Of a DNA stretch of 20,000 nucleotides, positions 15,099-20,000 are shown in pieces. The position numbers and the translations under genes are program-made. The notes below the pieces were generated by a model. The model did not search any database. It was not told the DNA's origin and was given only the letters and a program-made list of their open reading frames with translations. Position 1 is the first letter of the stretch. Every line of letters starts with the position of its first letter. Where the stretch lies: IMG/VR virus record IMGVR_UViG_3300023105_000021; one strand, written 5' to 3'. This DNA comes from an uncultured virus (IMG/VR IMGVR_UViG_3300023105_000021) (taxonomy: Duplodnaviria > Heunggongvirae > Uroviricota > Caudoviricetes).

Positions 15099-17291
15099 TT
15101 ATACGCTCCTCAACATATCTGTTCCTAAATTTCCAATGCCTCTTCTAATTTTATCTGAAGATTGTGCTGATCTTTGATTTACAGCAACTAGTTCTTCTAA
15201 TTTTGGTACTAATGTATTATTCATTGCTTCTTCTAAAGGACCTCGTAACCTCATAGCCATATCTTGCATTGTTCTTTCAACTGTATTAGTTTCTGTCGAA
15301 CTTGGCTGTATACTTGCCATTTCAGTAGGTAAAGTCCTTATAGTATTTAACATTCCGTCAAGCATTCCGGTTGTATTTGTGGTAGTATCTGATAGACTAG
15401 CTGATAGTGATCTAATTGCACCTAGTGCAGAACTTTCAACAATGCTTGCCATTTGATCAGGAGTAACAACAGCTTCAAGCCCGTGCAAGTTTACTGCTGT
15501 ACTTTTACCAAAGTTTTCGAATAATCTTCCAACAGTTCCTAAAGATCCAAAGTTTCTGTTTGGATTCATTTCTGACATCATATTTCTTATTTCTTCTAAT
15601 TGTTCTGGACTTAACGAATTAGGATTTGGTGCAGAAGGATTTAAAGTAGAATTATCCATTATAGTTCTTAAGGCTGCTGTTAGTGTATCTATTTCTGATT
15701 TTAATGCAGTATTACTTGTGTCTCTTGCGTACTCTTGTGTTTTATTTGAAAGGTCATCGATTATGTTTGTCATTTGGTCAACATCAGTGGGGTTAAAACC
15801 TAATGTGTTCATTCTATCAACAAACAAAGAAGCATCTCTTTGAAGTTGAGTAGACGCTGCTACGGTTGCCATAACTTGACTGTTTGTATCGTGAAATGCT
15901 CTAGCTGCATCACCAATCGGACCTTCGATTGTAGCTAAAATATCTCCTAACACATCTCGGCCTTCAATAAATTGTACAAATCTATCAGCCGCAGCAGTTA
16001 AAGTATTAAATATTCCGTTAACAACAGCTTCTTGCGCACTCATAGCTACTGACTGAAGTTGTCGTATGCCGCTTAAATATTGATCTAATAATTGTTGAGA
16101 CTGAGAAGTTCTTGATGTTTGATTTCTTCTTTCTTCTGTGATAATTGCATCCATTGCTTGAGCAATCTGATCACCTGACAGATCTTCAGGTGCAGTTTCA
16201 GGAAACATTTCAAGTGCTTTTGCTCTAATTACATCTCCGCTTAGTGCTAGGCCACTACTAAGCTCAGTCATAATATTCATCGAACCTTGAGAAATTTCAG
16301 TTGCACTACCTAGCATTGCTTGTCTAATCAAGAACTGATTGTTTCTAAGTTGTGTTGCTTCACCTAATGCAGCGTCCATTAACATTTGTGCTCTTGTTTC
16401 ATCGCCGTCTAAAAATGCTTGGCGAGCTTCCATTAGTGCATCTCTTAGTCCAGGTGCTGCTGCGTTTAATGCTCTCATTTCAGGATCATCCATATTTGGA
16501 AATCCTCTTGTAAGAATATCAACTGCAAAATCTTTAACACTAGGTGCAACTTGTCTAAGTGCTAGTAATCCGTTATCAAGTTCGTCTCTTACATCTTGGT
16601 CAAGCATTTGTCCAAATGCAAATACATTACCTTGTCTAGATATTTCAGCTTGTTCTTCAGCAAGAGCATCTGTTTGTTTGCCTGTAAGTCTTGCCAATTC
16701 GTCAAGTGTTTTTGCATATTCAGCTGCTGCTAGATTACGTTCTCTTTCATTCATTCTAGACCTAATGCCTTGAATGGTTGCTAGTGAATCAAATGATGCA
16801 AACGTTTCGCTCAATGTTTGCGAAGTATAACCGAGACGTTCAAGTTCAATTCGTTGTTCATTGAACAACCCATTAGATTCGGCCATAAACGCTGCTTGGG
16901 CTGATAAAAATGCTTGAGCACCTGCATTAGCAGTTCCTCCCATTGCAGCAAATTCTATATTATTTTGTTGAACAATTTTTGCAAAGTCTTCGATTCGAAG
17001 ATTAGCACGACCGACCCCTAGGATCATTTGGTCTATTTCATTATTAAAATGTATACCAGAACGTGTAAGTCCTTGCCATATACTAATGTATCCTTCAGCA
17101 AATGCCATTGAATCGGCAAACATCTTCATGCCAGGTGCTGCGGCCATAATAGGAGCCATAGCTTGAGGAGCACCGCGAACAATGCTACCGACCATGCTGC
17201 CTAAACCGTCAATGGCTTGATTTAATCTGTTAAAGGCACCAGTATTTCTGTTTACTGACTCAGTATTTTCATTTCTGGTTTCTTCTGCCAA
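15099..17291 (-). CDS. Tape-measure/baseplate hub-like protein (T4 gp29 analogue), 730 aa
   Basis: Long A/M/Q/L-rich helical protein with C-terminal FGSLG...LHGLEAVVTP motif typical of tape-measure C-termini. TTG start with GGAG RBS, divergent from the gp26-like chaperone gene. Confidence 0.65.
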   Translation of the reverse strand: MAEETRNENTESVNRNTGAFNRLNQAIDGLGSMVGSIVRGAPQAMAPIMAAAPGMKMFADSMAFAEGYISIWQGLTRSGIHFNNEIDQMILGVGRANLRIEDFAKIVQQNNIEFAAMGGTANAGAQAFLSAQAAFMAESNGLFNEQRIELERLGYTSQTLSETFASFDSLATIQGIRSRMNERERNLAAAEYAKTLDELARLTGKQTDALAEEQAEISRQGNVFAFGQMLDQDVRDELDNGLLALRQVAPSVKDFAVDILTRGFPNMDDPEMRALNAAAPGLRDALMEARQAFLDGDETRAQMLMDAALGEATQLRNNQFLIRQAMLGSATEISQGSMNIMTELSSGLALSGDVIRAKALEMFPETAPEDLSGDQIAQAMDAIITEERRNQTSRTSQSQQLLDQYLSGIRQLQSVAMSAQEAVVNGIFNTLTAAADRFVQFIEGRDVLGDILATIEGPIGDAARAFHDTNSQVMATVAASTQLQRDASLFVDRMNTLGFNPTDVDQMTNIIDDLSNKTQEYARDTSNTALKSEIDTLTAALRTIMDNSTLNPSAPNPNSLSPEQLEEIRNMMSEMNPNRNFGSLGTVGRLFENFGKSTAVNLHGLEAVVTPDQMASIVESSALGAIRSLSASLSDTTTNTTGMLDGMLNTIRTLPTEMASIQPSSTETNTVERTMQDMAMRLRGPLEEAMNNTLVPKLEELVAVNQRSAQSSDKIRRGIGNLGTDMLRSV

Positions 17292-17317
17292 ATCTATTCT
17301 CCAGGTAAAACGTCAAT

Positions 17318-17325
17318 TATAAATA
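17318..17325 (+). promoter_or_regulatory. T4 late promoter, perfect consensus TATAAATA
   Basis: Exact match 36 nt upstream of the gp26-like ATG. Confidence 0.8.
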
Positions 17326-17338
17326 ATAACGTATAATA

Positions 17339-17346
17339 TATTTATC
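17339..17346 (-). promoter_or_regulatory. T4-type late promoter (GATAAATA) for the tape measure-portal operon
   Basis: Same variant as at 7745-7752, 47 nt upstream of the TTG start. Confidence 0.7.
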
Positions 17347-17361
17347 CTAAGGATTATATGC

Positions 17362-18201
17362 ATGGAAAATACACAAAGCCCTCTTCAAAAATATAAGAGA
17401 CAGCCTAAGTTATATATAGACTTACCAAGCCAAGGTGCTTGGTATAATAATGATATAGCTGAAAAATATGAAGAATTAGAAGTTTTTAGCATGACTGCTA
17501 ACGACGAGATTCTAGCTAAAACACCTGACGCATTGATTTCAGGAAACGCAACAGTAAAAATTATACAAAGTTGTATTCCTTCTATAAAAAATGCTTGGTT
17601 ACTAACTAATGCTGATTTTGATTATGTAATGGCTGCAATTAGATTAGCTTCGTTTGGTGAAGCAATAACTTTAAGTTCGAAGTGTACTAGTTGCGGCAAT
17701 GACGATGCATATAGTTTATCAGTTCAGTCTTTATTAGATCACGCTGCTGCGTTTAAAGGTACATTTGAAACACGTATTGAAGATTTTACTTTTAGACTTA
17801 GACCGTTAACATACAAAGAAATGGTTGAAAATCAGCAAGTTTCAATGAGAGTTAGACGAGAACTTGCACAGATTATATCAAGAACTGACATTGACCAAGA
17901 TAAAAAAGATGAATTAATGAATTCACTTTACGAACAAATTAATACTCAAACTGAAAATATTATTTGTAATGTAATTGTTGATGTTGTTACTCCTGACGGC
18001 GATGTTGAATCAAACATGGAGTTTATTAAAGATTTTGTAATTAATAATGATAGTGTATTCTTTAACGGAATACAAACAATATACTCAACAAACAATCAAG
18101 AACTAGAGATGCCGGCTACTGAAGTTGAATGTAGCGAATGTCAACACAAACAAAACATTAAGCCAAACTTGGACTATTCGAGTTTTTTCTTGAAAGTTTA
18201 G
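17362..18201 (+). CDS. T4 gp26-like baseplate hub assembly protein/tail assembly chaperone, 279 aa
   Basis: Motifs YIDLPSQG, VFSMTANDEIL, AAIRLASFGE, two CxxC pairs (CTSC, CSEC), RLRPLTY and terminal SSFF. AAGGA RBS. Confidence 0.8.
   Translation: MENTQSPLQKYKRQPKLYIDLPSQGAWYNNDIAEKYEELEVFSMTANDEILAKTPDALISGNATVKIIQSCIPSIKNAWLLTNADFDYVMAAIRLASFGEAITLSSKCTSCGNDDAYSLSVQSLLDHAAAFKGTFETRIEDFTFRLRPLTYKEMVENQQVSMRVRRELAQIISRTDIDQDKKDELMNSLYEQINTQTENIICNVIVDVVTPDGDVESNMEFIKDFVINNDSVFFNGIQTIYSTNNQELEMPATEVECSECQHKQNIKPNLDYSSFFLKV
18183..18189 (+). other. Candidate -1 programmed ribosomal frameshift heptamer T TTT TTC
   Basis: Correctly phased X XXY YYZ site four codons before the TAG. The -1 frame is open from 18162 to TAA 18422. 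Confidence 0.6.
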
Positions 18202-18242
18202 TCTCACTCTCGGATTCTGAAATTTTAGAATTATCAAAAAGT

Positions 18243-18422
18243 ATGGAGAACGAAGTAAAGCAAATCAAACACGAAGTTTATAAACTTTCTTGGTATATGC
18301 GAGGAGGAGTAAACTCAAAAGATTTGCTTACTGACACTGACATAGAGGATATCGAAATTTTAGGAAAAATTGTTAAAGAAAATATTGACGCTACTAAAAG
18401 TTCTAAAATGCCGATGATTTAA
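18243..18422 (+). CDS. gp51-like small baseplate/tail assembly protein (59 aa from ATG, or C-terminal extension of the upstream gene via frameshift)
   Basis: MENEVKQIKHEVYKLSWYMRGGVNSKDLLTDTDIEDIEILGKIVKENIDATKSSKMPMI. Fills the gap exactly and its stop overlaps the convergent gene's stop (TTAA 18419-18422). No RBS before the ATG. Not in the ORF track. Confidence 0.75.
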   Translation: MENEVKQIKHEVYKLSWYMRGGVNSKDLLTDTDIEDIEILGKIVKENIDATKSSKMPMI

Positions 18423-19723
18423 AAATCATTAAGATTAAATTTTCGACGCTCTGTATTATTATTTTGAGGATTTATTTGTATAGGTTGCGCCGGGCCGCCG
18501 GCTTCTATTTCATCACCTGATGCAGATGTAGCTTTTCCAAACTCTTTTTCAAATTCAAGCCCTAGTCTTTCAATTGCATCTACTCTTTCCATTTCGCTTA
18601 CAGTATCTCCAAATTGAGGTACTACTTTTGAATTCCATTGTTCAGTAATAAGATTGTCAACAAACTCTGCTCCTGTATAACCCCACAATGCTAGTTGATT
18701 AACATAATCTTTTGCAATGAATCCCATAATTACTTTTTGTACATCTGGATTGCTTGTAGCTGCTCTAATAGCAAAATATATAGCTGCTTCAACAGCTATG
18801 AACTGTAACAAATTTTTAAAAGCCATCAGTGCTTGACCTGGCAGGCCGCCAACAAATGCAGCAATTTGACTTGCTGTCATGTTTGCCATATTTGCAGCTC
18901 TAAATATTTTAACTATAGAAGAAAGCAAAAGTCTAGTGCCTGCTCTTAGAGCACCTATTAAATCAGGAACTGCAAAAGTAATAAACCAAGCGCCAAATAG
19001 TTGTCTCGAAGATACTGCAAAATTTTCTGCTGATGTTTGATCATTAACAGAAGCATACATATTAATTAACATATCTTTTAAAGTATCATATGCTGCCATA
19101 CTAACACCTGGACGGAAGGTAAATGGAAATAGACTCCTCATAGTAGATGAAGTAGCTTGTCTTAAGAAAGAAATGTTGTTACGTGCCCATCTTCTTGGAT
19201 TCTTCTTAGCTTCTTCGTCCATGGTTAAAAGTTTTCCACGTTGTGCTTCAACATCTCGTGCTATTTGGGCTCGACGAGCGTTAGCTTGTTGTGTAAACGC
19301 TTCTATTTCTTGTCTTGTGTATCTATGGCCACCATGTTCAATGAATCCGTCGCGACGTAATTGAGCTTGAATGCTTCTAGGTAGTTTTCCGTTACGGTCT
19401 TTGAGATCATCCCATTCTAAAGGAGGTTTGTTTGTTGTAGTAGGAATTGCATTGTTTGGTGCCGGCGACCCCGAAGCTCTAGGATCAAAACTAGAATTTC
19501 TTCGTATTTCTAAATTAATAGTGTTGTTGTAGTTTTGTGCTGCCTGTGCATTATCAAAAGTTCTTACAATATAATTTGGATCAGTAGGTCTTAATCTTGT
19601 ATCAACTACATTATATCCCAAAGAGGTATTTCCGGTACTCATAATAGTACCACTTTCAACTTCAAAAACTGATTCAACAAGAAGTTTTGCTGATTCTACA
19701 AATATCTCATTAATAGCAACCAT
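18419..19723 (-). CDS. Hypothetical protein with hydrophobic helical C-terminal half, possible internal virion/ejected protein, 434 aa
   Basis: ORF track. AAGGA RBS and late promoter. Hydrophobic stretches such as LFGAWFITFAVP and LLQFIAVEAAIYFAI. Confidence 0.75.
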   Translation of the reverse strand: MVAINEIFVESAKLLVESVFEVESGTIMSTGNTSLGYNVVDTRLRPTDPNYIVRTFDNAQAAQNYNNTINLEIRRNSSFDPRASGSPAPNNAIPTTTNKPPLEWDDLKDRNGKLPRSIQAQLRRDGFIEHGGHRYTRQEIEAFTQQANARRAQIARDVEAQRGKLLTMDEEAKKNPRRWARNNISFLRQATSSTMRSLFPFTFRPGVSMAAYDTLKDMLINMYASVNDQTSAENFAVSSRQLFGAWFITFAVPDLIGALRAGTRLLLSSIVKIFRAANMANMTASQIAAFVGGLPGQALMAFKNLLQFIAVEAAIYFAIRAATSNPDVQKVIMGFIAKDYVNQLALWGYTGAEFVDNLITEQWNSKVVPQFGDTVSEMERVDAIERLGLEFEKEFGKATSASGDEIEAGGPAQPIQINPQNNNTERRKFNLNDF

Positions 19724-19744
19724 GATTATTCCTTAATTACAAAG

Positions 19745-19752
19745 TATTTATT
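19745..19752 (-). promoter_or_regulatory. T4-type late promoter (AATAAATA)
   Basis: 21 nt upstream of the 434-aa ATG, with the same AATAAATACT context as at 4884-4893. Confidence 0.7.
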
Positions 19753-19758
19753 CATTTT

Positions 19759-19868
19759 TAATATCTACTTCGTAGATATTAGTTTTCGCTATCGCTCAAA
19801 CTATGCACTTCGTTTGTTGATAGAAGTAAATGATATAAAGATCAAATCGTTATTACGAAGTAATAACG
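19759..19868. repeat. Cluster of inverted repeats with GAA/GATA loops
   Basis: TAATATCTAC-TTC-GTAGATATTA (19759-19781), TAGTTT...AAACTA (19780-19803) and CGTTATTAC-GAA-GTAATAACG (19848-19868). Confidence 0.85.
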
Positions 19869-19874
19869 TTTAAG

Positions 19875-20000
19875 CTTCATGTAGATTGTTTCAGTCAGAC
19901 GGAACCTGTTACGGTTCCATCTAATCTCAAAACTTCATGTGAGTTCGTCACAGCCGAGACTTGGAAGTAGGTGTTTTCTGCTGTACAATGGGCTCTGACC
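19875..20000 (-). ncRNA. Probable 3' portion of a structured RNA extending beyond the window
   Basis: Raised GC. Hairpin AGAUGGAACC-GUAACA-GGUUCCGUCU (19897-19922) pairs fully only on the minus strand (U-G pair). ACAUGAAG occurs twice (19875-19882, 19933-19940). Confidence 0.4.

Noticed and set aside
5355..19364. Other short ORFs overlapping major genes (5355, 6059, 6866, 8508, 9685, 9872, 10038, 10968, 13273, 14104, 14150, 16339, 19173)
   Set aside because: Nested within well-supported genes, with no RBS or recognisable motifs.
19887..19898. CUGACUGAAAC on the minus strand resembling a hammerhead ribozyme core
   Set aside because: No stem II between the CUGANGA-like and GAAA elements, and the spacing does not fit the consensus.
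1..20000. Alternative genetic code or stop-codon recoding, as seen in some large phages
   Set aside because: Core genes translate full length under the standard bacterial code and coding density is high.

Overview
AT-rich segment of a large T4-like (Tevenvirinae/Kyanoviridae-style architecture) myophage genome covering the head and baseplate/fibre morphogenesis region. Most genes lie on the minus strand. Right to left: a 434-aa hypothetical; a plus-strand gp26-like baseplate hub/tail chaperone gene followed by a gp51-like ORF reachable by a -1 frameshift; a tape-measure-like gene; portal (gp20); an 83-aa protein; an MptE/DUF115-like transferase; an acidic core protein; prohead protease (gp21); scaffold (gp22); major capsid protein (gp23); four smaller virion genes; and a >1620-codon repeat-rich fibre/spike gene that runs off the left edge and is missing from the ORF track. 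The most notable part is the ~600-bp gap between gp23 and the 129-aa gene. It holds (i) an unannotated 23-aa PqqA (PQQ cofactor precursor peptide) gene with its own late-type promoter, RBS and terminator, (ii) a separately transcribed ~220-nt structured ncRNA with two pairs of complementary loops, and (iii) a three-way-junction 5' leader. The right end has a cluster of GAA/GATA-loop DNA hairpins next to the end of another probable structured RNA. All family assignments come from motif recognition by eye, with no database search.
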